DNA of 45,213 bases from a virus. The stretch is from the UHGV virus genome UHGV-0383844; one strand, given 5' to 3'. Shown here piece after piece: positions 34,689 through 43,679 of this stretch (within the stretch, counting starts at the first letter, position 1; each line of letters starts with the position of its first letter). Under the pieces are notes generated by a model. That model worked only from the letters and a program-made list of their open reading frames with translations. It was not told the origin of the DNA and searched no databases. Made by a program: the position numbers and the translations under genes.

Positions 34689-36107
34689 ATGAAGAGAGTA
34701 CTAAGTGTCTTGCTGGCAGCAGTGCTTTGTGTGGGGATGCTGACAGGATGCGGGGAGAAGAAGGATGCCGGTGAGGTGGAGAGCGTTGATTTTGATGAAT
34801 CTTCAAATATTTCTGTACAAATTAAAGATATGAAGTTTCAAGTTCCATCAAATTGGAATGAGTCTACAATAGAAAGTTTTGGGGAAGAGGAACAGGTTCG
34901 ATGTTTTAAGTCGGACGATGTCTATTTAAAAGTATTATATAACAAAAATGATATAGATAAATTGGATGATGATGCATACAAGAGTCATATAACAGAAATA
35001 ACTGGTTCACTCTATCCGTTTGCGATAAAGCGCATATATGATGAAAGTTATGGTGATATAAAAGCTAAAGTTGCGGATATTTCTTTTTATGAAAATGAGC
35101 GCCATTATGTTGGACATGTATTTACATTAGAACTTGGCGATTTCGTATTTGGAATTGATGAAAAAAGCGAAAAAAACTACGAACGTGACATGGAACTAAT
35201 TTTGCAATCAGCGCAAATTGTTAACGTAAAGAGTATATTAGAAGAATTGAAGGATGCAGGAATACCGATAGAATATGATATTATTTATACGGATGAAACC
35301 GATCCGAATGATTCAAATCACGAATATATAGAAAAAGGAAATTTTGCTGATTCAAGAATAGAAGAGGAATACTCAAAAGAAGAACCATTAAGCGGAACAA
35401 TAGAAATTTTCGATAGTAGTGATGCTGCCGTGGCAAGAGTTTATTATTTAGAATCATTGGACGCTCTTTCTCTTGATAGTTTCGCATACCGGATTGTATC
35501 TGAAAATGTTGTACTTCGTTTGAATGACAAATATTCAGAAGAGGAAATACAAGAATTTGCAGATATCTTGAATGGAGGGATCCGAAGCAAAGCAAAAAGT
35601 GATTATGAAGATTTAACAGAAGAGTTGGAAAATCCATCAGCTATTCAGACAGGATATCAAACCGGAATGTACAAAATAGGTACAGACATGCCAGCTGGAG
35701 AATATCTTATCACATCTTCTGGCGGCTATTATGCAGTGACAGCCGATTCCAGCGGAAGTTTGGAATCAATCATCAGCAATGACAATTATAGGAATAGAGC
35801 CTATGTTACAGTACAAGACGGACAGTATTTCCAGTTTGATGGAACGGCAGTTCCCGTCAGTGAGGCGGCTGCATTCACTCCGGTTAATGGTACATATCCA
35901 GATGGAATGTATCTTGTAGGAAAGGATATTCCGACAGGAGAGTATAAAGTATCTGCTACGAATGGTGGATATTATGAGGTTACAGCCAACTCAACAGGAG
36001 ATTTAGGAACTATAATTTCAAATGACAACTTCGATGGAGAAGTGTATTTGACAGTACAAGATGGACAGTATTTAAAATTGAGCAGAGCGCAGATTGTTGT
36101 GCAGTAA
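34689..36107 (+). CDS. Lipoprotein (472 aa; lipobox LTGC) with two tandem ~75-aa C-terminal repeat domains
   Basis: MKRVLSVLLAAVLCVGMLTGCG; repeats MYKIGTDMPAGEYLITSSGGYYAVTADSSGSLESIISNDN... and MYLVGKDIPTGEYKVSATNGGYYEVTANSTGDLGTIISNDN... Confidence 0.8.
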   Translation: MKRVLSVLLAAVLCVGMLTGCGEKKDAGEVESVDFDESSNISVQIKDMKFQVPSNWNESTIESFGEEEQVRCFKSDDVYLKVLYNKNDIDKLDDDAYKSHITEITGSLYPFAIKRIYDESYGDIKAKVADISFYENERHYVGHVFTLELGDFVFGIDEKSEKNYERDMELILQSAQIVNVKSILEELKDAGIPIEYDIIYTDETDPNDSNHEYIEKGNFADSRIEEEYSKEEPLSGTIEIFDSSDAAVARVYYLESLDALSLDSFAYRIVSENVVLRLNDKYSEEEIQEFADILNGGIRSKAKSDYEDLTEELENPSAIQTGYQTGMYKIGTDMPAGEYLITSSGGYYAVTADSSGSLESIISNDNYRNRAYVTVQDGQYFQFDGTAVPVSEAAAFTPVNGTYPDGMYLVGKDIPTGEYKVSATNGGYYEVTANSTGDLGTIISNDNFDGEVYLTVQDGQYLKLSRAQIVVQ

Positions 36108-36114
36108 GATAGAA

Positions 36115-36140
36115 ACCACTTACTTCGGTAGGTGGTTTTT
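36115..36140 (+). terminator. Intrinsic terminator accacttac-ttcg-gtaggtggt + ttttt
   Basis: 9-bp stem (one G-U), TTCG loop, T5. Confidence 0.6.
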
Positions 36141-36174
36141 GAATAGGTAATATAGGTGATGAAGGTTGTTTCCC

Positions 36175-36203
36175 TTGCCTTTCTGCGTACACGTAGGTAT
36201 AAT
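36175..36203 (+). promoter_or_regulatory. Sigma-A promoter TTGCCT-17-TATAAT for SHOCT-domain gene
   Basis: ttgcctttctgcgtacacgtaggtataat read directly. Confidence 0.5.
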
Positions 36204-36244
36204 CAAAACGTGGTGTAAAAGAAAAGACATAGGAGGGAAAAGGA

Positions 36245-36727
36245 ATGGGATTGGTAGATCATAGCGAATCAATTACGGTACCATACTCACCAGAAAATGC
36301 ATATAGGGCGTTAGTGATTGGATGTACTAAACTGAACGAAGATGAGTTTGTGCTGGAAAAAATTGATGATAACATAAGGACTGTTTATTTGAAAGGTAGA
36401 CTTAGTTTGTTTTCCTGGGGAGAGACAATAACGGTATCAATTTCTAATACCAGTACAGGAGAAGCCGAGGTTAAGATATCTTCTACACCAAAAACAGGAG
36501 CCGCTTTTGGTGGAATTATGGATATGGGGAAAAATAAGAAAAACATAGAGAAGATCATGTCTGTGTTATCGGAAGAATTAAGTGATTACCCACAGCATAT
36601 TCCACAAGAAAATCAAAAAAATGCTTCAGTTATAGATGAGATAAAAGAATATGCAAAATTGATGCAAGAAGGACTTATCACAGAAGAGGAATACAATCAA
36701 AAAAAGAAACAGCTATTAGGAATTTAA
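36245..36727 (+). CDS. SHOCT-domain protein (unknown beta-rich N-domain + C-terminal SHOCT)
   Basis: C-terminus IDEIKEYAKLMQEGLITEEEYNQKKKQLLGI = SHOCT consensus. Confidence 0.6.
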   Translation: MGLVDHSESITVPYSPENAYRALVIGCTKLNEDEFVLEKIDDNIRTVYLKGRLSLFSWGETITVSISNTSTGEAEVKISSTPKTGAAFGGIMDMGKNKKNIEKIMSVLSEELSDYPQHIPQENQKNASVIDEIKEYAKLMQEGLITEEEYNQKKKQLLGI

Positions 36728-36733
36728 AAGATG

Positions 36734-36760
36734 CCACCTGCATAAGTAGGTGGTTTTCTT
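36734..36760 (+). terminator. Intrinsic terminator ccacct-gcataagt-aggtgg + ttttctt
   Basis: hairpin + T-run right after stop. Confidence 0.6.
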
Positions 36761-36785
36761 ATACCCAATTTTAAGGAGAACATAG

Positions 36786-36899
36786 ATGAAGTTAATTGAA
36801 TATCGGGGAGGAGTCCTTTCAGGGTATGCTCCTGATCTCCCTGGAAAGAACAGAAAGACATGGCGAAATGCTGTGTCTTATTTTAATTCCATAAGGTAG
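36786..36899 (+). CDS. Tiny ORF (37 aa) with AAGGAG RBS
   Basis: taaggagaacatagATG; uncertain. Confidence 0.2.
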   Translation: MKLIEYRGGVLSGYAPDLPGKNRKTWRNAVSYFNSIR

Positions 36900-36923
36900 G
36901 GTGGAAAAATTTTGAAAAACCTC

Positions 36924-36988
36924 TTGACATCTTGCTATACGATTGTTATATTAAATGTGTAACCATTAAATAAATAATTGTGTAACCA
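36924..36988 (+). promoter_or_regulatory. Sigma-A promoter TTGACA-17-TATATT followed by two direct repeats TGTGTAACCA (about 36956 and 36979) before the RHH gene RBS
   Basis: read directly; direct-repeat operators typical of RHH autoregulators. Confidence 0.5.
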
Positions 36989-37003
36989 GAAAGGAGAAGC
37001 GAG

Positions 37004-37195
37004 ATGTCACCAGCAAAAGGGAGGCCGCCGTCAAAGAATCCGAAAAATATTGACACGAGGATAAGACTATCAGAGCAAGAAGCGAATATGCTGGAGTTTT
37101 GCAGTAGTAAAACCGGATTAACAAAGGCGGACATCATAAGAAGAGGTATTAAGAAAATTTATGATGAAATCGTACTTGACAAATTCAAACAATAG
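37004..37195 (+). CDS. Ribbon-helix-helix (CopG-like) DNA-binding protein
   Basis: TRIRLSEQEANMLEFCSSKTGLTKADIIRRGIKKIYDEI = beta-strand + two helices pattern; RBS gaaaggagaagcgagATG. Confidence 0.55.
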   Translation: MSPAKGRPPSKNPKNIDTRIRLSEQEANMLEFCSSKTGLTKADIIRRGIKKIYDEIVLDKFKQ

Positions 37196-37290
37196 AAAAA
37201 AGAGATTCGCCCACCTACCAAGTTTAACGAATCTCTAATGAAAAACACAACGGAAAGGTTGTGCTATTTATAATATAACACATCCTTTTC

Positions 37291-37989
37291 GTGAAATCAA
37301 TGAAAAGGAGAAATTTTATGTACAATTTCTATGTATTAGATGGAAAGAAACTGATCGATTACAAGCCGAAAAGAGAACACTATGCAAGAGCGCTTGAGCG
37401 AATTACAGATGCAAATGGCAGTTATGATTTAGAAAGACTCTGGCAGGAAAGACCGGATCAATTCAAACAAATATTATACCTGTCCATTAAATTTATTGAA
37501 CATGTTTTTGACAATAATTCTGACTGCTCTCAAGAGGAAACACAATCGTGGTTCTTCATTGTAGAATTTATCAATCAGATGGTTGCAAAAATCACACCGA
37601 GACAGTTCATGGAGATATTTCCTATTGCCAAGGACTATGATGGTGAAAAATATGGGTGTAAAGATTATTTCTACACCAAAGACTATATGGCACGTTTGGG
37701 ATATGATGCACCTATCGGAGAGGAAAAAGCCAGCGAGTTTTTACTGGAGTACTGGAATCCTCACATTATGAAATACGCAATTCATTGGATGGGAATCATC
37801 AATCAGATGCACCGTCTAAATGGTGGACGTGATATTTTCGTAGAATTTATGGAAGAACAAGGTCTTTCCTTCCCTACTTATCATAAGGAAGGGAATTATC
37901 TGGTGAATAGCAAAACAGGGGAGAGGCATAAAGTTCAGAAGCCGAAAAGAAGATTGAGAAAATTGTTTAGTGTAGTTTCAAATAAGTAG
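37291..37989 (+). CDS. Hypothetical protein (probable start ATG 37318), partner of RHH gene
   Basis: RBS aaaaggagaaattttATG; no family recognised. Confidence 0.5.
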   Translation: MKSMKRRNFMYNFYVLDGKKLIDYKPKREHYARALERITDANGSYDLERLWQERPDQFKQILYLSIKFIEHVFDNNSDCSQEETQSWFFIVEFINQMVAKITPRQFMEIFPIAKDYDGEKYGCKDYFYTKDYMARLGYDAPIGEEKASEFLLEYWNPHIMKYAIHWMGIINQMHRLNGGRDIFVEFMEEQGLSFPTYHKEGNYLVNSKTGERHKVQKPKRRLRKLFSVVSNK

Positions 37990-38001
37990 GAGGAATCGAT
38001 C

Positions 38002-38817
38002 ATGGAAAATAAAGTACAAGTATTTAATAATAAGGAATTGGAATTACAAGTAAGAACGTTGCCGAATCCAGATGGAAGTATTTCCATTAGTGCGGAAGAT
38101 GCTGCAATCGGATTCGGATGGTATCAAAAAAAGAATGGAAAAGTGTACCCAAGATGGGAAACTTTAAACGGTTATTGCAAAGACATTGGATTTTCCCAAC
38201 TTGTTGGGAAAGATGATTACATTCCAGAATCACTGTTTTATCGTCTCGGAATGAAGGCGAGCAATCCAGCAGCTGAAAAATTTCAAAACTGGCTTGCGCT
38301 GGATGTTATTCCATCTATAAGAAAGACAGGTTCTTACGAAATGCCAAAGAAGAAACCTGCCCACAAAGAAAAACTCCCATCCGTCAACCAGATGGTGAAG
38401 AACATCAAAGGTGCTCTCAATGATGCAGGAGTAGATTCTAAGTACATAGCTGCTGAAATTATCCGTATTTATTCAGACAACGGGTATCCAGTGAAAGTGC
38501 CGCTGATTTCAGAAGTTCCGGTCTTGTGGGATTGTACTACGATGGCGAAAGAGTTTGGTATTTTATCGGAAAGTGGCAGACCACACGATAAGGCAGTAAG
38601 TGCTATCATTCAGAAGTTGGATGTTTCAGAGGACGAAATTGTAAAGACAGCTTATAGCAGGAATGGACATGACGGTGTTACTGTTCAATATAAAGATTCT
38701 GTTTTCCAGAAAGTAAAAGAATGGCTGAAGGAAAATGGATATCCCACACTCATTGAGCATCGGTTATCAAATGGTAATACAAATAAATGCAAAGTTGTAT
38801 ATCAGGAGGTGGCGTAG
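38002..38817 (+). CDS. BRO-N domain protein (phage antirepressor-like), third Rha/Bro-type paralog
   Basis: N-terminus ENKVQVFNNKELELQVRTLPNPDGSISISAEDAAIGFGW resembles Bro-N. Confidence 0.65.
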   Translation: MENKVQVFNNKELELQVRTLPNPDGSISISAEDAAIGFGWYQKKNGKVYPRWETLNGYCKDIGFSQLVGKDDYIPESLFYRLGMKASNPAAEKFQNWLALDVIPSIRKTGSYEMPKKKPAHKEKLPSVNQMVKNIKGALNDAGVDSKYIAAEIIRIYSDNGYPVKVPLISEVPVLWDCTTMAKEFGILSESGRPHDKAVSAIIQKLDVSEDEIVKTAYSRNGHDGVTVQYKDSVFQKVKEWLKENGYPTLIEHRLSNGNTNKCKVVYQEVA

Positions 38818-39238
38818 GATGAATTTATATGAAAAAATTAAGAGAGAAAACTTGATGATCCCTGTTGCATTTAGAATGAAATTTGAACAGGCAGAAGATT
38901 TGTTGAACCATGCTCCCGGCGACTTTGAGCTTGCGTTATCATCATTTAGATTTGGCTATATGCAAGGGCAGAGAGCAGAAAAAGCGAACAATACTAAAGC
39001 GGAAAATAATCAGTTTCAGAGCCTCTTGTCGCAGTTAAGACCGGAAGATTATAGAATTAAACGCCAGATAGAAGCAATCTTATACAGGTATTTGGATAAA
39101 CGTGACAGACTTCCAGATACAGAGCAGTGTGATCGTAAGAAATCCATTGTGAAGATTGTGGAGAATATGGAAAATGAAGAGTGTTTGGAACTTGTAGAAC
39201 GGTTCGCTAAAAATCTGGCAAGTAGTGAGGTGGCGTAA
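38735..39238 (+). CDS. Hypothetical protein (probable start ATG 38820)
   Basis: ORF; ATGA-type coupling to next small ORF. Confidence 0.45.
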   Translation: MDIPHSLSIGYQMVIQINAKLYIRRWRRMNLYEKIKRENLMIPVAFRMKFEQAEDLLNHAPGDFELALSSFRFGYMQGQRAEKANNTKAENNQFQSLLSQLRPEDYRIKRQIEAILYRYLDKRDRLPDTEQCDRKKSIVKIVENMENEECLELVERFAKNLASSEVA

Positions 39239-39381
39239 TGAAAGAGAATAGAGAGAAATTAAGCACAGCGGCTAAATATAAGAAGAACTTCATTATCAGC
39301 AAGCTGAAAGAAATGGACGAATGTCATATAAATCGCGTATATGCCTTTATGCAAGGCTGTACTGGAAATTCGGTCAAATAA
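39238..39381 (+). CDS. Tiny ORF (47 aa)
   Basis: TAATG overlap with upstream ORF. Confidence 0.2.
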   Translation: MKENREKLSTAAKYKKNFIISKLKEMDECHINRVYAFMQGCTGNSVK

Positions 39382-39397
39382 CTAAATACAGTAATCA

Positions 39398-39434
39398 GGG
39401 CATCTATCAGAAATGGTAGGTGCTCTTTTTATAC
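39398..39434 (+). terminator. Hairpin gggcatcta-N10-taggtgctc + tttttatac (homolog of 28252..28287), 28 nt upstream of tape-measure ATG
   Basis: aligned to first copy; compensatory outer base pairs. Confidence 0.45.
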
Positions 39435-39461
39435 AAATTTTTAACATGAGGTGGTGAGTAA

Positions 39462-42400
39462 ATGGCAGATGGAAAAGTTGTAATTGAAACAGATCTGGAT
39501 TCTTCCGGGATAGAAAAAGGACTTTCAAAGCTTGGGAGTATAACAGCAAAAGGGATGAAAGCGGCAACGGTAGCGATCACGGGAACTGCAGCAGCACTTG
39601 GTGGAGTTGCAGCAGCGGCAATCAAGGTGGGTTCTGATTTTGAATCTCAGATGTCTAGAGTTAAGGCTATCTCCGGAGCAACAGGAGAAGAGTTTGAGCA
39701 ATTAAAGGAACAGGCAATGCAGTTAGGTGCTGATACCTCGTTTTCTGCCAGTCAGGCAGCAGAGGGAATGGAGAATCTGGCAGCAGCTGGTTTTACTACA
39801 TCCGAGATTATGAGTGCAATGCCGGGACTTTTAAATCTGGCAGCGGCATCCGGTGAAGATCTGGCGAGCAGTTCGGATATTGCAGCATCAACGTTAAGAG
39901 GATTTGGACTGGCGGCATCCGATGCAGCACACGTTGCGGATGTTCTGGCGGCGAATGCAAACCGTACGAATTCCTCTGTAGCAGATACCGGAGAGGCAAT
40001 GAAGTATATAGCTCCTCTTGCAAGGGCAGCAGGACTTAGTTTGGAAGAGACAGCAGCGGCAATCGGAATCATGGCGAATGCCGGAGTGAATGGCAGTCAG
40101 GCTGGTACTTCTTTAAGAGGAGCGTTATCACGGCTTTCAAAGCCAACGAAAGACATGTCTGAGGCTATGGATGAACTTGGAATTTCCTTCTACGATTCCA
40201 ACGGTAAAATGAAGTCTCTGACGGAACAGGTTGGAATGCTCAGACAGGCAACGGAAGGAATGACAGATGAGCAGAAAAACAATTATCTGGTCACTCTGTA
40301 TGGACAAGAAGCATTGTCCGGTATGCTGGCATTGATCAATGAGGGTGAGGGATCTCTCGGTGAACTGACAGAGGCATACAGGAGTTGTGATGGTGAAGCA
40401 CAAAAGGCAGCAGAAACAATGCAGGACAATCTATCTGGTGCGTTGGAGCAGCTCAGTGGATCAGCAGAAACATTGGGTCTGGCGTTTTATAACAGTGTTG
40501 CAGACAATCTGAAAAATGCAGCAAATACGGCAACAGAAAGCATCAACAATATCACGGATTCTTTCAATAACGGTGGTCTGAATGAAGCAATACAGACAGC
40601 CGGTGATGAATTTGCCAATCTTGCAGTGGAAGCAGCATCCCACGCACCAAAAATGGTGGATACAGCAGTGGATTTCATAGAATCCTTTGCTTCTGGAATT
40701 GCTTCGAACAAAGGAAGGATTCTCGGTGCGGCCGGAGAGATGGCGGAGTCTATGGCATCCGGTCTGGCAGAGCTGTTACCATCCAAACTGCAAGAGCCGG
40801 TTGAGGATGCAATTGATGCAGTGGCAGAGTCATTGAGTGATGGTGGATTAAAAGAAGCAGCAGAGACAGCAGCGGACACATTGGATAATGTAGTGGATGC
40901 TGTTGGAAATCTGGCTGATAAAGCGCTTCCGCCATTGACAAAGGCACTGGACTTTGCAGGAGAGAATCTGGACTTGATCGCAGCATCAGCAACGGCGGCT
41001 TTTACCGCATTTAAAGGATATAAAGTTGTCAATGAAACAACATCTATATTAAAAAAAGGTGTGAAAACATGGAAGACCGCTTCTGCAGCAGTGGATGCTT
41101 ACTATGCTGCACAGCTTCTGGCTATGGAAAGTGGTGTTGCAACAAACGCTACACTTACAGCGGGGCAAGCAGTTGTTGGCATGTTTACAGGAAAGGTGAA
41201 TTTAGCCACAAAAGCACAAACTCTTTGGAACGTTGCTATGAAAGCGAATCCGATTGGTCTTGTGATTTCTGCAGTAGCAGCTCTGGCAGCAGGTCTTAGC
41301 GTTTATGCTTTGACGCAGAAAGAAGCGGAGTCTGCTACAGATAAAGCCAATAAAAAACTGGCAGAACAGGCAGAAGCAATCCGAGAAACTCAGGCTGCAA
41401 GACAAGAGGAAGTTGCCGGAATTCAGACGCAGTTTGGTTATTATCAGCAACTATGGGATGAGTTGCAGGGAATTGTTGACCAAAATGGAAAGATAATGGA
41501 AGGGCAAGAGGAACGCGCAGCCTTTATTACATCCACATTATCCGAAGCGCTTGGCGTAGAGATTGAAACGACAGATGGCGTGATACAGAAGTATGGTGAG
41601 TTAACGCAATCCATTGATGAGGTCATCCGGAAGAAAAAAGCAGAAGCAATATTATTGGCTTACGAAGATGACTTTAATGAAGCGGTTAAAAAACAGGCAG
41701 AAGCAGAGGATGAATTAGCCAGAGCATACAATGATTATATCGAAGTTAGGAAAAGGGCTAAGCAAGCAACAGATGAACTTAGAGAAGCGGAATCTTCTAT
41801 GACTGCGGAACAAGCCGCGGGATCTTTTGAAATTATGCGACTCCAACAGGCGCAGATGGAAGCGAATGAAGAATTAGAAAAAGCTAAGAAAGCGTTTGAT
41901 GATGCTAAGATTGCTTATGACGAATACACGGCTGTTATTGCAAATTATGAAGCTGCAATGGGAGCAGCAGAAGCTGGAACAGCCAATATGGAAGCTGCAA
42001 TCAAAGCACTGACAGACGGTTTGATACGATCTACTGGAGAAAATGAAGCAGAACTTTCTAAACAGGTGCAGACTTGGCAACAAAAATATGAAGAAATGCG
42101 CCTTGCAGCAGAGGATGGTAATTCAGGTATCACTCAGACGATGGTAGACGGCAGTCGAGCAATGTGGCTCATGGCTCAAATCGAGTACGAAAAGGGGACT
42201 ACCAATAACACAGCTCAGATTGAAGCTTGGCAAAATGAAATCAATCAATTACTCGGAAACTCAGGCAATCCAGAAGCAGCAGCCCAAGAAGCGAAAGAAA
42301 CCACAGAAGCTGCAACGAACGCTTTACAAGAGGGAAAAGAACCAGTGAAGCAAGCAGCAAAAGACACTATCGAGGGTGGCGTCAGTGAGGGAGCGGCAGA

Positions 42401-43679
42401 GGCAGATACTTCTACGGTTCCTGCTCAAAAAGGAAAAGAGGCGGCGGATAGTACCGCAAATTCTGTAAACAGTGGAAAAACTGCGATCAATGAAGCAGCG
42501 AAAAGTGCTGTGAGTGAGATCAACACAGGAGCAAGTGCTACAGATACAACAACGATTCCTTCCAGCAAAGGAAGTGAGGCAACGCAGTCTCTGATTGATG
42601 CACTGTATGCGAATTCCAATGCCGTATTGATGGCAGCTGCTTCATTAGGCGGTCAGATTCCACAAGGGTTGAATGGCATGGATATGTTGTCAGCTACGGC
42701 AGGATTTGGAAACAACGTAGGTTTTGGACTATCATCCTCTTTGAGTGGCCAAGCCCCGGTTGTGCAGGCGGCTGCATCAGGATTGGAAAATGCGGCTTTA
42801 TCAGGACTTTCATCTGCAAATGTTTCGGGACAAGCGCAGGCAATGGGAAGTCAGATTGCAAACGCGCTTGCAAATGGAATTGTTGGTGGTTCTGGATCAG
42901 TAAATGCGGCGGCATCTACATTAGGCGGCAATGCAGCGGTGGCATTGTCAAATGTCAAGCTTTCCGAAAAAGGAAAACAGGAAGGAAAGAAACTTGGTGA
43001 TGGTTTAAAGAGCGGGATTGATTCTGGCAAGAAAAATGCGGAGTCATCTGCCAAAAGTCTTGGAGACGGAGCTGTATCCGGTTTAAGTAGCGTTGGAATG
43101 AGAAGCAAAGCGTACGATCAAGGATTGAATTTTTCCTATGGTCTTGCAAATGGTATTTCGGCTGGAAGCTCCGCGGCTATTTCCGCAGCTATCGCAGTTG
43201 CTTCTTCTGCACTGGCAGCAGCGAAAAGGGAACTTGATGAGCGTTCTCCATCCAAAAAGACAAGGGAATTTGGTCAATTCTTCAGTAAAGGTCTGGCGTT
43301 GGGTATTAAGGATGAAGAAAAGTCAGTTGTAAAATCTTCCCGAAATATTTCAAACGCAGCACTGGAATCTATTGATCTGTCCGCTGTTTCAGCACGGATG
43401 CGAGAGGTCATGGCTTTTAATGCATCCAGAGTGGCAAATCGTCCAGCAACATCTGTTATGCAGTACAAGATGGATAACGCAGAAATCAGAAAGCTTCAGC
43501 AGCAGAATCAGGCGATTATGAGTGCAGTGGCAGGACTTTCTGATCTGGCAAAACGTCCGATCGAAGTAAGCACAACACTGAATGGAAGAGAATTAATTAA
43601 AGAAACAGCAGCTCCAATGCTGACAGAACAGCAAAGAATTACAGATTTTAAGAAATTACTGAAAGGAGAACGTACATGA
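39462..43679 (+). CDS. Tail tape measure protein (TP901-type)
   Basis: 1405 aa; Ala/Gly-rich with coiled-coil middle; N-terminal TMP motif GAD...SFSASQAAEGMENLAAAGF; RBS gaggtggtgagtaaATG. Confidence 0.9.
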   Translation: MADGKVVIETDLDSSGIEKGLSKLGSITAKGMKAATVAITGTAAALGGVAAAAIKVGSDFESQMSRVKAISGATGEEFEQLKEQAMQLGADTSFSASQAAEGMENLAAAGFTTSEIMSAMPGLLNLAAASGEDLASSSDIAASTLRGFGLAASDAAHVADVLAANANRTNSSVADTGEAMKYIAPLARAAGLSLEETAAAIGIMANAGVNGSQAGTSLRGALSRLSKPTKDMSEAMDELGISFYDSNGKMKSLTEQVGMLRQATEGMTDEQKNNYLVTLYGQEALSGMLALINEGEGSLGELTEAYRSCDGEAQKAAETMQDNLSGALEQLSGSAETLGLAFYNSVADNLKNAANTATESINNITDSFNNGGLNEAIQTAGDEFANLAVEAASHAPKMVDTAVDFIESFASGIASNKGRILGAAGEMAESMASGLAELLPSKLQEPVEDAIDAVAESLSDGGLKEAAETAADTLDNVVDAVGNLADKALPPLTKALDFAGENLDLIAASATAAFTAFKGYKVVNETTSILKKGVKTWKTASAAVDAYYAAQLLAMESGVATNATLTAGQAVVGMFTGKVNLATKAQTLWNVAMKANPIGLVISAVAALAAGLSVYALTQKEAESATDKANKKLAEQAEAIRETQAARQEEVAGIQTQFGYYQQLWDELQGIVDQNGKIMEGQEERAAFITSTLSEALGVEIETTDGVIQKYGELTQSIDEVIRKKKAEAILLAYEDDFNEAVKKQAEAEDELARAYNDYIEVRKRAKQATDELREAESSMTAEQAAGSFEIMRLQQAQMEANEELEKAKKAFDDAKIAYDEYTAVIANYEAAMGAAEAGTANMEAAIKALTDGLIRSTGENEAELSKQVQTWQQKYEEMRLAAEDGNSGITQTMVDGSRAMWLMAQIEYEKGTTNNTAQIEAWQNEINQLLGNSGNPEAAAQEAKETTEAATNALQEGKEPVKQAAKDTIEGGVSEGAAEADTSTVPAQKGKEAADSTANSVNSGKTAINEAAKSAVSEINTGASATDTTTIPSSKGSEATQSLIDALYANSNAVLMAAASLGGQIPQGLNGMDMLSATAGFGNNVGFGLSSSLSGQAPVVQAAASGLENAALSGLSSANVSGQAQAMGSQIANALANGIVGGSGSVNAAASTLGGNAAVALSNVKLSEKGKQEGKKLGDGLKSGIDSGKKNAESSAKSLGDGAVSGLSSVGMRSKAYDQGLNFSYGLANGISAGSSAAISAAIAVASSALAAAKRELDERSPSKKTREFGQFFSKGLALGIKDEEKSVVKSSRNISNAALESIDLSAVSARMREVMAFNASRVANRPATSVMQYKMDNAEIRKLQQQNQAIMSAVAGLSDLAKRPIEVSTTLNGRELIKETAAPMLTEQQRITDFKKLLKGERT

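Noticed and set aside
39752-43468. Numerous minus-strand ORFs inside the tape-measure gene (and similar antisense ORFs inside Tal, RBP, int, TerL, portal, MuF)
   Set aside because: All lie antisense within long, well-supported plus-strand genes, lack RBSs, and arise from the Ala/Gly/Glu-rich codon composition; treated as spurious
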